Shown: positions 8,917-17,942 of the stretch, piece by piece | How the letters are laid out: each line of letters opens with the position of its first letter | How positions within the stretch are numbered: the first letter of the stretch is position 1 | Virus record (IMG/VR): IMGVR_UViG_3300023179_000063 | DNA length: 23,072 bases | Source: an uncultured virus (IMG/VR IMGVR_UViG_3300023179_000063) | Taxonomy: Duplodnaviria; Heunggongvirae; Uroviricota; Caudoviricetes; Crassvirales | Direction: 5' to 3' (one strand) | Notes under the pieces: generated by a model | Seen by the model: the letters and a program-made list of their open reading frames with translations, nothing else | What the model was told of the DNA's origin: nothing | The model's database searches: none | Made by a program: the position numbers and the translations under genes

Positions 8917-9408
8917 TTAAGCTAATTTTTCAACTTGAATTTTAACTGCTGCTAAAATTTCTTCAATTGTGTAAATTTTGTTTAGTTTAACTAAACCTTC
9001 AGAAAAATAATCTCCTACTTGTTCAACATCATTAATCTTGTTAAACTGGTTCATAAACTCATTAATTTTAGTAACAGATATTTTAGTATCGTGATAAGAA
9101 TCAAAATCAGTTGCATACTTAACTAATTCATCAAGTAAAGCACTTGTAGGTTCTGCTGGAGCTGTTGCATATTGAACAACAGTTGCTTCTTTAATACTTC
9201 TTAATACTTCAGCTTTAATAGCTGCTAAATTATCAACTTTACTTGCTGTAAAAGTTTTGTCTTTAATAGCTTCAGCTAATTTTACTAAATACTCTGCTGC
9301 TTGTTGTTGTTTAACAAATTCTAAATGAGCAACTGGTTTTTTTGATGATGAGCTAATTAAATAGTTAGCTGCATTTAATGATAGGTCTTTGCTTGTTAAA
9401 AATTCCAT
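8917..9408 (-). CDS. Hypothetical alpha-helical protein, probably highly expressed
   Basis: 163-aa ORF, Ala-rich, A-rich leader upstream. Confidence 0.75.
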   Translation of the reverse strand: MEFLTSKDLSLNAANYLISSSSKKPVAHLEFVKQQQAAEYLVKLAEAIKDKTFTASKVDNLAAIKAEVLRSIKEATVVQYATAPAEPTSALLDELVKYATDFDSYHDTKISVTKINEFMNQFNKINDVEQVGDYFSEGLVKLNKIYTIEEILAAVKIQVEKLA

Positions 9409-9457
9409 GATTTTTGTTTTTTTGTTTTTATTGTTTATTGATTTATTTAATTAATTT

Positions 9458-10405
9458 TTATGCAATAGTGTTAACCCAATCGTCTACACGAATTGTTGTT
9501 TTAGGTTCAAACACTCTACAATAACCTGCTAGGTTAGTTGTGTTTTTACATCTAGTATGTAAAGAATATAATGTATTAACTTTAAAATTATTTACAAGAC
9601 TTTCTGTTGAACCTCTCATAAATCCTTTAGGGCTATCATCATCACCAAAACATATTACTGTATTGTATTCTTTAGATTCTTTAATGATTTTAGCATACAT
9701 TTCACCTTCATTACCTGAACCTGATTTTCTTGCTATATCTATAATATCAGATTCTGGTACTTGGTCATAATCTATTAATTGAGTTTTACCACTTGTTATC
9801 ATAATGTCAGCATAAAATCTTTTTGACATTAATTTAGCTAAACTTGTAATAGTTTTTACAATAGCTTCTGGAATAGAACCTGAAACATCTAATATGATTA
9901 AATTTCTCATATTATGCTTTATAGCTGATGCTCCAGTATTTAATCCTAATTGTTTATTAAAAGCCATTGGATTAAATGTTACCTCATCAATAATATTAGT
10001 TTGAACTGAAGCTTTTAAATCTTCTAGCCAAACAGGTAATATTTTTAACTCTGATAATCTATCAAAATCAACTAGATATTGAGATGTAATAATAGAATCT
10101 GGTTCTATAACTCTTTCTCCTTCTGATATAGAAAAATATTCTCCTCCAGACTGTAATGTAAAAGTTCTAATATTGTTTTTATAACCTATTCTTTTTAAAC
10201 AGTCTAACCATTTAATAGGAATATTAGTTTTTAAACAAGATTTGTACAGAACTTGAAATTCTAGATAAATAGTTATAAAAGATAATTCTTCTTTTTTACC
10301 TATAATATAAGGTAAACCTCTAGGCAGCTCTTTAAAATCATCTTCGTTTTCAACGAGATAAATTGGAGGCAGCTCCAGCCTCTTACTTGTTATTTTTTGT
10401 ATCAT
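9458..10405 (-). CDS. von Willebrand factor A (vWA) domain protein
   Basis: MIDAS-like IILDVSGSI and ICFGD; follows an AAA+ ATPase. Confidence 0.75.
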   Translation of the reverse strand: MIQKITSKRLELPPIYLVENEDDFKELPRGLPYIIGKKEELSFITIYLEFQVLYKSCLKTNIPIKWLDCLKRIGYKNNIRTFTLQSGGEYFSISEGERVIEPDSIITSQYLVDFDRLSELKILPVWLEDLKASVQTNIIDEVTFNPMAFNKQLGLNTGASAIKHNMRNLIILDVSGSIPEAIVKTITSLAKLMSKRFYADIMITSGKTQLIDYDQVPESDIIDIARKSGSGNEGEMYAKIIKESKEYNTVICFGDDDSPKGFMRGSTESLVNNFKVNTLYSLHTRCKNTTNLAGYCRVFEPKTTIRVDDWVNTIA

Positions 10406-10407
10406 TT

Positions 10408-11457
10408 TTAGAAATTATTTTTTAACTTTGTAAGGTGTTGCAATATAGTAAGAAATTCTATATTTTCTCCTTCTTTTACATTAAATTGAGGCCAATCACA
10501 AGGAGCTTGAATTGGTTGTTTTAAAATAGGTAAAATTAAATTTTCATATTCACCATCTAAATTTAATCCATGTCCTATTTGATTAATAGCTTTTTCTACA
10601 CTTCTTGGAGTTATAAAATCCCAATTATCAGATTCAAACTTTTCTTTTTCTATTAGTAAACATAAATGTTTAGAAATGTTTTCAGGCATACCAAATTGAT
10701 TTTTCAATAAAATTTGATATTCTTCTCTATTAAATTTAAGTTCATATCTAATAAATCTTTGTTTAATTTGAGGAGTTAAATGTATTAAACCTTGAGGATT
10801 AGATGCAGCTACAATCATTATATCTTCTATGTGTTTTCCTGAAGGAGTAACTCTATCTTCAGTAAAATTTAAAACAGCATCTAATGTTTGTTTTAAAGTA
10901 CCGTTAAATACCTCATCAAAAAACAAAATATCTCCTGGCTTTAGCATTGATATTTCTAAACTATCAAAAACTTCTAATTTACCTGTCTTTGAATTAGGCA
11001 TCATCATTGATATTACCTCATTAGGCATCCTTTGTGATAAAGTTATTTTTACTAAATTTGCTCCTTTATCTTTAGCAAATTCTTTTATTATTGTTGTTTT
11101 ACCTATACCAGGATTGGACATAAACAATGGAACTGTTGTACGTCTTAATACTGGATTATCATAAGTTTTATTTAAAATATCAAGCATTTTAGCTTCCATA
11201 TATTCTGTTTTATTATTTTCTGTTATAAATTTATTTAAAATACACCATTGATTAAAAGTATAAAAGTCAGGACGTGGAGTAAACCAATCACTAATTCTAT
11301 TACCATAACTATAAAAACTATTATCTTTAATTTCTATAATAGTTTCTTTTGTATAAGTATCCCATTCCTTTCCAGTAAACTTAATTTTATTATGTGGTTG
11401 TTTTGCAAATAAATAATCAAATTCTTTTTGTGTTGTTATTGAAACTAATCCATTCAT
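10408..11457 (-). CDS. MoxR/dynein-related AAA+ ATPase with about 86-aa N-terminal extension
   Basis: Walker A SNPGIGKT, Walker B ILFFDE, sensor-1 AASN, Arg finger QRF, sensor-2 TPRS. Confidence 0.88.
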   Translation of the reverse strand: MNGLVSITTQKEFDYLFAKQPHNKIKFTGKEWDTYTKETIIEIKDNSFYSYGNRISDWFTPRPDFYTFNQWCILNKFITENNKTEYMEAKMLDILNKTYDNPVLRRTTVPLFMSNPGIGKTTIIKEFAKDKGANLVKITLSQRMPNEVISMMMPNSKTGKLEVFDSLEISMLKPGDILFFDEVFNGTLKQTLDAVLNFTEDRVTPSGKHIEDIMIVAASNPQGLIHLTPQIKQRFIRYELKFNREEYQILLKNQFGMPENISKHLCLLIEKEKFESDNWDFITPRSVEKAINQIGHGLNLDGEYENLILPILKQPIQAPCDWPQFNVKEGENIEFLTILQHLTKLKNNF

Positions 11458-11750
11458 TATTTTATTTCTTTTAACATATCTATTAAATAAGTATAGTCTT
11501 GATTAGCAGGCTCTTTTATTATTTCATATCCTAATACATATTTTTTAAATTCATCAAATGTAATTTTTTTATCCCTTCCCTCGCCTCCGAGCCCGGCCGC
11601 CGACCCTTTGTCATTTATATATTTAATAGGAAGATTATAAGAATCTATAGATTTATTATAAAATTGATTAATTTTCCAAGCATTTAAAACTTCTTTATTT
11701 TCATCTGTAATTTCAATATACCATTTATTAGGAAATACATATTCTTCCAT
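11457..11750 (-). CDS. Hypothetical protein with C-terminal DYTYLI motif and internal GC-rich patch
   Basis: 97-aa ORF; ends ANQDYTYLIDMLKEIK. Confidence 0.7.
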   Translation of the reverse strand: MEEYVFPNKWYIEITDENKEVLNAWKINQFYNKSIDSYNLPIKYINDKGSAAGLGGEGRDKKITFDEFKKYVLGYEIIKEPANQDYTYLIDMLKEIK

Positions 11751-12693
11751 TTATCATTTCATTTATTATTTCTAATGTTTTTTCTTCTTTTAATTCTTTA
11801 AAGGTATCACTTAAATCTTTAATTTCAAAATAAAATTCTTCTAAATTAAATTCTTTTAATACTTCTTTAGAAGCTTTAATACCTGCATTGTCATTATCAA
11901 AATTTAATATAACTCTGTCAAATCTAGATTGAAGTATTTTAATTTTATCTTTCCAAGATGATAAACCTTCTGAATGAGGAGCTACTGCATTATAACCAAA
12001 TCTTCTCCAACACATAACATCTTTCATTGATTTAGTTATAATACATATATTTCCTACCCAATCTAATTGATTATAACCTTGAAGATTATCATGACCTATA
12101 TTACATAAAAATCTAAATTCTTTGTTTTTATAGAAATAAAGTTTCCATTTCTTTTCATCAGGAAAATAATAACCAATACAAGGATTATTGTTGGAATAAG
12201 AATACATTAACTCTCCATTTAACCAATAATGTTGAATAGAATAAACATTATACATTTTACATAATTTAGATGTAATACCATATTGTTTAAGATATTCTAT
12301 ATCTGTTTTAGTAAAAGGTTGTATTTTACATTTAATATCTTTTTCTCGTTTAATATGGGTAATTATTTGTTTATTAATAATAAAGCTATTTCCTTTCCTA
12401 CCTATAAACTGTTCATATATATCATCTAATGCTTCATAATAATTTAAATTTCTTATTTCCATTACTATTGTAACACAACTATAAGTTTTGTTAATAGCAA
12501 AATCTCTAAAAAATAAAGTATTATTATACCAAAAGAACTTACAATCTGGTTTTTTATCTGTTCTTAAAGGATTAATAAATTTTTTATTAAGTTCACAAAA
12601 ACCCAAGTAAAAAAGATAGACTTCTTCTTGAGAAATTCTACTGAATATCCAACTAAAATCTATCTTTTCTGGTTTACTGGGTAATTGATACAT
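11728..12693 (-). CDS. dnaG: DnaG-type (TOPRIM) phage primase
   Basis: NPLRTDKKPDC..FRDF N-terminal domain, IITKSMKDV, FDNDNAG, KDLSD. Confidence 0.82.
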   Translation of the reverse strand: MYQLPSKPEKIDFSWIFSRISQEEVYLFYLGFCELNKKFINPLRTDKKPDCKFFWYNNTLFFRDFAINKTYSCVTIVMEIRNLNYYEALDDIYEQFIGRKGNSFIINKQIITHIKREKDIKCKIQPFTKTDIEYLKQYGITSKLCKMYNVYSIQHYWLNGELMYSYSNNNPCIGYYFPDEKKWKLYFYKNKEFRFLCNIGHDNLQGYNQLDWVGNICIITKSMKDVMCWRRFGYNAVAPHSEGLSSWKDKIKILQSRFDRVILNFDNDNAGIKASKEVLKEFNLEEFYFEIKDLSDTFKELKEEKTLEIINEMINGRICIS

Positions 12694-12704
12694 ATTAAAT
12701 TAAA

Positions 12705-13253
12705 TTAGAATGGAATATCGTCAGATGCAGCACCCATTAATTCATCATCATTAGATGGAGCAATAGGAGTTTTAGTTATTCTTTCTTTATCTCCGATTCT
12801 TAAATCTTTAGCATCTAAAGCAATAAATCCAACATATTTAGTAAATATTAAATTGTCTTTATCATTGTAAACTAATTTAATAGCTACTTTTTTACCTTTG
12901 TTATTATCACCAATTAAATTGATAACTCCTTGAGCAAATTCAGCATAGCTATTACCAGCTAATACAGCTTGTTCTTCTGGAATAAATTTAGTAATAATAT
13001 GCTTTACTCTCTTAGCTAAAGATTGTTGAGATTTTTCTACATCTGCTGCTTGTTCTCCAACAGCCCATTCAATGTGTCTAAAAGTTTCTCCGTTAGCACC
13101 TTTAAAGTTAAACATTAAAGAAGGATCTCCTGAACCATCTTTTTTAGGAGATTTAAATTCAACTGATTCTAATTCAACTCCTGAATGAATACCAGGATTA
13201 AATTGTTTGTTTGTTGATTCTGATTTTGTTTCTGTGTTAAATCCGTATGACAT
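12705..13253 (-). CDS. Putative single-stranded DNA-binding protein
   Basis: Acidic tail ending DDIPF; located between annealing protein and primase. Confidence 0.72.
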   Translation of the reverse strand: MSYGFNTETKSESTNKQFNPGIHSGVELESVEFKSPKKDGSGDPSLMFNFKGANGETFRHIEWAVGEQAADVEKSQQSLAKRVKHIITKFIPEEQAVLAGNSYAEFAQGVINLIGDNNKGKKVAIKLVYNDKDNLIFTKYVGFIALDAKDLRIGDKERITKTPIAPSNDDELMGAASDDIPF

Positions 13254-13260
13254 ATATTTA

Positions 13261-13503
13261 TTAATTAATTTCTTCTAAATTATCTAAAATTACAGTACCT
13301 TCACTAGTAGATTCAAATGATTCATCTATTAGTACATATTTAGGAGTTGTTGTCCTTTTAATAGTGATTTTCAATTCTAATTCTTTAGCCCAAGCTGTAA
13401 TAATTCCTGCTGGAATATTAAAATGTGCTGATAATTCTTTCTTAGTCATTCCTTGACTTACTGCTGCTCTAAAAGCTGATCTTGTTACTTGTGTTTGTGA
13501 CAT
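13261..13503 (-). CDS. Small HTH protein
   Basis: GMTKKELSAHFNIPAGIITAW. Confidence 0.55.
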   Translation of the reverse strand: MSQTQVTRSAFRAAVSQGMTKKELSAHFNIPAGIITAWAKELELKITIKRTTTPKYVLIDESFESTSEGTVILDNLEEIN

Positions 13504-13511
13504 ATTTGTTT

Positions 13512-14108
13512 TTATTTATTGTTTTCTAAAATTACTACTTCTCCTTCTTCAGTTATTTTTGCATTTGCATCTGGAGCAAAATCCATAACTTCTTCTACTG
13601 TGTACATACCTTGAATTTTATCTGGAGCTATACGATTAGCACCTAATGATAAACATCTAGCCCACATCATTTGTTTAGGCATTTTAACCCAATTATCTTT
13701 TGTAGTCCAGCCTGCTTTTACAGCTTCTGACCAATAAAAAGAAGCTACATCAGTAATACTACCACGATAAAATTCAATAGTAGTTACTCTATCTTTAATT
13801 TCTTTACCGTCTTTATCTGTACCTCTAACTACTAATTCATAATCTTTAAGTGTTTTATAACCAACACCATTAGCCCATAATAAACCACCTAAAGCTTTAG
13901 CTGATAAAGCTAATCTACCTTGAATAGAATAAATTTGATGAAATGCTTGCATAGGTTTCAAACCTAAATCTTTACCAAATTGAGCAATAGTAAATGCTTG
14001 TTCGATGGTTTTAATGTTTGCTGGTAAACTCTTACTGTCAATAAGAATTTGTAATTGTTCCATTTCCGTTTTAGGAACTTCTCTTGTTACTGTTACTTCT
14101 GTCGTCAT
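13512..14108 (-). CDS. RecT/Bet-like single-strand annealing protein
   Basis: GKDLGLKPMQA..IYSIQGR, NWVKMPKQMMWARC, GMYTVEE. Confidence 0.72.
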   Translation of the reverse strand: MTTEVTVTREVPKTEMEQLQILIDSKSLPANIKTIEQAFTIAQFGKDLGLKPMQAFHQIYSIQGRLALSAKALGGLLWANGVGYKTLKDYELVVRGTDKDGKEIKDRVTTIEFYRGSITDVASFYWSEAVKAGWTTKDNWVKMPKQMMWARCLSLGANRIAPDKIQGMYTVEEVMDFAPDANAKITEEGEVVILENNK

Positions 14109-15184
14109 ATATTTAAATTTTTGTAAGTTTCTTCTGTAATTGCTGTTGCTTCTGGTAATTCTTCATAATAGGTAGTTGCACCATTAAAATATAATGGAAT
14201 ATAAGCATTTGCTAAACCGTAATGTCTGTCTTTTAATATTTTCATTGATACATACTTATCTCTAAATCTTTTAATATCATAACCTCTATGTCTTGTTATA
14301 TTATATCTAATAGGACTAAATAAACCCATAATAAAATGATAATCTCTAGCTGTTTCTTTACAATTAGCTAGACCTGGAATGGAAGGTTCCAGTTTTTCAT
14401 CTATTGATTGGCCTTGATAAAATTCTTGTTTATCATTAGTCATATCTTGTTGTTGAACAGCTATAGTTACACAATTTAGTTTTTTAACAAAATGCTTTAA
14501 GCAATAATGTTTGCTAAAATGACCTATTGTTTCATATTGAGTCTGTCCTTTTTCTGAAGTTAAAAGACTTAAATGATCAATGATAACAAATACCCATAAA
14601 TTAGAATTATTAGGAATGTATTTTTTAGATACTTTTTCAGAAACTTGTTCTTCAAATTCTTCTACACCAATAGTTAAATGAAAATCATGAATAACTTTGT
14701 AAATACCATAAGGATTATAAACATGGTCAACAATTTCTATTTTACTAGACATATCATCAACCCATTCTTTACATTGTTTTATTTGTTCTAAAGTTTCATT
14801 ACTTAATGTATAATTACCTAATGATTTTAATTGTGCAAGTGATAAAGATACGGAATATATTTCATATAACAAAGAAGAAATCATTGATAACCAAAATTCT
14901 TCTTTACTTTCTTCAAGAGCAAAATACATTATTTTATAATCTATTTCAGGATGTTCTTTAACAAATTTATATACTGAAATGACTGATAAAAATTTAGTTA
15001 ATTTTGTTTTACCTACTGAAGTTGCAGCTGTTATACAATAATAATGCCCTCTTTCCCAACCTGGAAATAAATTTGATAGACGTTTAAATGGAAATAATAC
15101 TGAAGTTACTTTTCCTTCTTCTTTAGCTCTTTTATTAGCTTCAATATTTTCAATCAATTTATTAAATATCTGTTCCTGTTCCAT
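14105..15184 (-). CDS. dnaB: DnaB-like (SF4) replicative helicase
   Basis: Walker A AATSVGKT, YFALEE, IIDHLSLL, VQQ, KDRHYG. Confidence 0.85.
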   Translation of the reverse strand: MEQEQIFNKLIENIEANKRAKEEGKVTSVLFPFKRLSNLFPGWERGHYYCITAATSVGKTKLTKFLSVISVYKFVKEHPEIDYKIMYFALEESKEEFWLSMISSLLYEIYSVSLSLAQLKSLGNYTLSNETLEQIKQCKEWVDDMSSKIEIVDHVYNPYGIYKVIHDFHLTIGVEEFEEQVSEKVSKKYIPNNSNLWVFVIIDHLSLLTSEKGQTQYETIGHFSKHYCLKHFVKKLNCVTIAVQQQDMTNDKQEFYQGQSIDEKLEPSIPGLANCKETARDYHFIMGLFSPIRYNITRHRGYDIKRFRDKYVSMKILKDRHYGLANAYIPLYFNGATTYYEELPEATAITEETYKNLNI

Positions 15185-15788
15185 AAGATTCCTCCATTAA
15201 TTTTCTAACACTATTTATAATTGCTTCGTTTAAGAAATTATCTAATTTGTATTTACAAAGACCTTTATCTACACCAAATTGAATAATAGCTTTTATTTCT
15301 TCATGTTTAATAATACTATTTTTAATTAATTTGACATATTTTTCTCTAAGTTTATCTAAATCACCACTTTTAGTAAACACTGTTTGTCCTTGTATATCCA
15401 TTGTATCTGGATAAATTTCTAAAATTTCATCAAATGCAAAACTAGCATTAATAAACATAATATCAGAGAACTTTTGTGTAAGTATCAATTGATCAATAGA
15501 ATAAGTTAATACATCTTTTCCATCTATTTTTTGAACTGATTTCATACCCCACAAATATTCTTTATCTATTAAATCTTGAATTTCTGTTTCTGACCAACCT
15601 GCACCTTTAAGAGTCTTAGCAGCTGCTGACCATTTATAGATATTACCGATAGTTTTGAATCTAAGTTTATCATTACTCTTAAACATAGATTCAGAATTTA
15701 ATAAATGAAGCAACAGAAATTGATTTGTACTTAATTTGTGTTTAATTAAAAATGCTACATAATCGTCACTATTTTGTAAAATATTCAT
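15162..15788 (-). CDS. Hypothetical replication protein (possible initiator or helicase loader)
   Basis: 208 aa, overlaps the helicase start; wHTH-like N-half and FDEILEIYP; role inferred from position. Confidence 0.45.
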   Translation of the reverse strand: MNILQNSDDYVAFLIKHKLSTNQFLLLHLLNSESMFKSNDKLRFKTIGNIYKWSAAAKTLKGAGWSETEIQDLIDKEYLWGMKSVQKIDGKDVLTYSIDQLILTQKFSDIMFINASFAFDEILEIYPDTMDIQGQTVFTKSGDLDKLREKYVKLIKNSIIKHEEIKAIIQFGVDKGLCKYKLDNFLNEAIINSVRKLMEESYGTGTDI

Positions 15789-15791
15789 ACT

Positions 15792-15838
15792 TATATAATT
15801 AGTAATCTATCAATGATAGTTACTTGGAGGATTATATA
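15792..15838. promoter_or_regulatory. Imperfect intergenic inverted repeat upstream of the replication cluster
   Basis: TATATAAT/ATTATATA, AGTAA/TTACT, CTATC-AAT-GATAG nested arms. Confidence 0.45.
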
Positions 15839-15848
15839 GTATTTTTAA

Positions 15849-16184
15849 TTAAAATAACCAATTAATTATTCTTCTGAAAAAACTTACTTTAACTTTCTTT
15901 TTTGCTCTTTGTTTTTGTCTAGCTGTTGTATTAGATTTTGTAACTTTAAGTCCAATAGTTTCAGCTAATTTATTAGTAATAGGTATTTTATCATTCCAAA
16001 CAAAATGATTAATTTCTGTATTAAATTTAATAATATTATCTGTTTCTAAATGATATACTAATCTATTATCAATATGAAGATTTTGAGCTATTTCACTTTT
16101 ACTTTTAGGTTTATAATTATCTACATAATTTTTAATATGTCCTAATCTAATAAAATATCTTTTTGTTATGTCTTGTTTGTTCAT
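15849..16184 (-). CDS. Putative winged-HTH DNA-binding protein
   Basis: KSKSEIAQNLHIDNRLVYHLETDNII; basic tail. Confidence 0.5.
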   Translation of the reverse strand: MNKQDITKRYFIRLGHIKNYVDNYKPKSKSEIAQNLHIDNRLVYHLETDNIIKFNTEINHFVWNDKIPITNKLAETIGLKVTKSNTTARQKQRAKKKVKVSFFRRIINWLF

Positions 16185-16456
16185 AATAGTTCAATTTCTT
16201 TTTTTACCTGTTCATAAAATCTTAAATCTTGTTCCATATTTTGAAGTTCAAATGAAAAATAATCAGGAAAATCTTCTTTTAAATAATTTTCAGTTCTTTC
16301 ATCATATTCTTTTAAACCTTCAAGTATTCCTTCAACTGCTATCAAAGCACATTCTTTGGCATCTTCCCAAGCTTCCTTATCATCCATTAAATTAGCCTTT
16401 AAATAATTGTAGTATTTTTTAAATAATTCTTCTGCTTTTTCTTGTGGATTACTCAT
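16181..16456 (-). CDS. Hypothetical phage protein
   Basis: PQEKAEEL..AKECALIAV..QVKKEIELL. Confidence 0.7.
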   Translation of the reverse strand: MSNPQEKAEELFKKYYNYLKANLMDDKEAWEDAKECALIAVEGILEGLKEYDERTENYLKEDFPDYFSFELQNMEQDLRFYEQVKKEIELL

Positions 16457-16459
16457 AAT

Positions 16460-16738
16460 TTAATTTTCTCTAGTTTCATTATATTTTACTTTTTCAATCA
16501 TTACTTTTTGCCAATCAATACCAAAGTGTTTAGCCATACTAAAACATACAAACATAATGTCTATTAATTCTTTGTCATCAATATCTTCATAATAACCATC
16601 GTTTGTATAGCTATTTTTAAATTCTTTGACCTCTTCATCTATCTTGTGAATAAAAGCACTTAAAGGTTGTTTCATTGTTATCTGCCCTCTTTTAACTTGA
16701 GCAGCATAATTACGGTCTATTATTTCTTCTATTGTCAT
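16460..16738 (-). CDS. MazG-like nucleotide pyrophosphohydrolase
   Basis: KIDEEVKEF..ELIDI..HFGID..KVKYNETR. Confidence 0.75.
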   Translation of the reverse strand: MTIEEIIDRNYAAQVKRGQITMKQPLSAFIHKIDEEVKEFKNSYTNDGYYEDIDDKELIDIMFVCFSMAKHFGIDWQKVMIEKVKYNETREN

Positions 16739-16941
16739 TTGTTATCTCCGTATGTTTCGTTGTAAAATTCTTCAGGTGATATACCTTCATCCATATACCC
16801 TGAACCATACCCATTATTATGAGCATCAATTATCTGCTCTTTCTCCATTTCTTTGGCTTGTAATAATTTTTTATCAAATTTAGAAATTGTTTCATAATCT
16901 AATTCATTTATTAACCATTCTATTGCTGTTTTTTTACTCAT
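16735..16941 (-). CDS. Hypothetical phage protein
   Basis: TAIEWL..QAKEMEKEQIIDA..FYNETY. Confidence 0.7.
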   Translation of the reverse strand: MSKKTAIEWLINELDYETISKFDKKLLQAKEMEKEQIIDAHNNGYGSGYMDEGISPEEFYNETYGDNK

Positions 16942-16942
16942 A

Positions 16943-17140
16943 TTATTTTCTATCTAAAGATATATTTTTACAAAATCTTATTTCATGATTGTTAAGAGTC
17001 CATATCTGCCCATCATCCATAGCACAAGTAAACAGAAGATTATGCTCTTGACTGTAATCAATTACAAGAAAAGCATAACCTTCCATTTTATCTGACACTC
17101 TAAATATAGGTATCATTGGGTTGAGTTGAATCATTGCCAT
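16943..17140 (-). CDS. Hypothetical protein (start moved to ATG 17140, MAMIQLNPMIP)
   Basis: ATG lies 2 nt after the lyase stop; the longer track ORF overlaps the lyase gene. Confidence 0.65.
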   Translation of the reverse strand: MAMIQLNPMIPIFRVSDKMEGYAFLVIDYSQEHNLLFTCAMDDGQIWTLNNHEIRFCKNISLDRK

Positions 17141-17142
17141 AA

Positions 17143-17774
17143 TTATAATATTATAAGTAAAGGTAATAATAAAGTAAAACAATACCTAATTGTATTCCAA
17201 TTAATTATTTTATCATGTAATTCTACAAAAGATTTTATAAAATCACTTTTTAAATTATGTTTATATCTAATATTTTTACCACCATATTGTGATATTTTAT
17301 CTTCTTGTATAGTAGGAACCCATAAATATTCTTCTTCACCAGTAATATTATTAGCTAAATTATATTTATGTTTATTTTCATTATGAGTAAGAAATATAAC
17401 TTCAGCTTTAACTACATCTTTATAATCAACATAATCATTAATCATTTTAAATAAATCTTCATATTCTTCTAGCCAATTACCTGCAACTATTACAGGACTA
17501 AAATTAATATGTACATCATAACCAGCATCTATAAAAGCATCAATAGCTTTAATCCTATCAATAATTTTAGATGTATTAGGTTCTAATTTATCAGACATAA
17601 TTTGAGGCATTAAACTAAATCTAATTCTAATTTTACCTTCAGGATTATAATCTAATAAATTTACATTAACATATTTAGTAGCAAAAGAACCCATAGCTAT
17701 AGGATGTTGTTTAAAGAAATCAAATATCTTTTTCCATTGATGATATTTTAAATGTAAAGCAAAATCTTCGTTAC
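17143..17774 (-). CDS. splB: Spore photoproduct lyase-like radical SAM protein, exon 2
   Basis: Frame continues upstream of the track ORF as NEDFALHLKYHQW; FATKYVN, RIRFSL, EPNTS..RIKAI, GYDVHINFSPVI, YGGKNIRY. Confidence 0.88.
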
Positions 17775-17942
17775 CATTTTGTTACCTTATAGGTTCTTTA
17801 TCCTATAAATCTACACTTTTTATTAAGTTATATGTGTAGTTCAGACTATATCATCATGTAAATTAATACATGCCCTGCACTCGTGTCACTTTACTATCTT
17901 CAGCTTTATCTGTTAAGATTCCATGTGTTAGTCGTTGAACCT

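Noticed and set aside
10321..10382. AGGCAGCTC direct repeat and short hairpin at the start of the vWA gene
   Set aside because: Explained by two ELP tripeptides; stems are only about 5 bp
11573..11606. Diversity-generating retroelement variable region
   Set aside because: No template repeat or reverse transcriptase in the window, and the coding strand is depleted of T rather than A; cannot be excluded genome-wide
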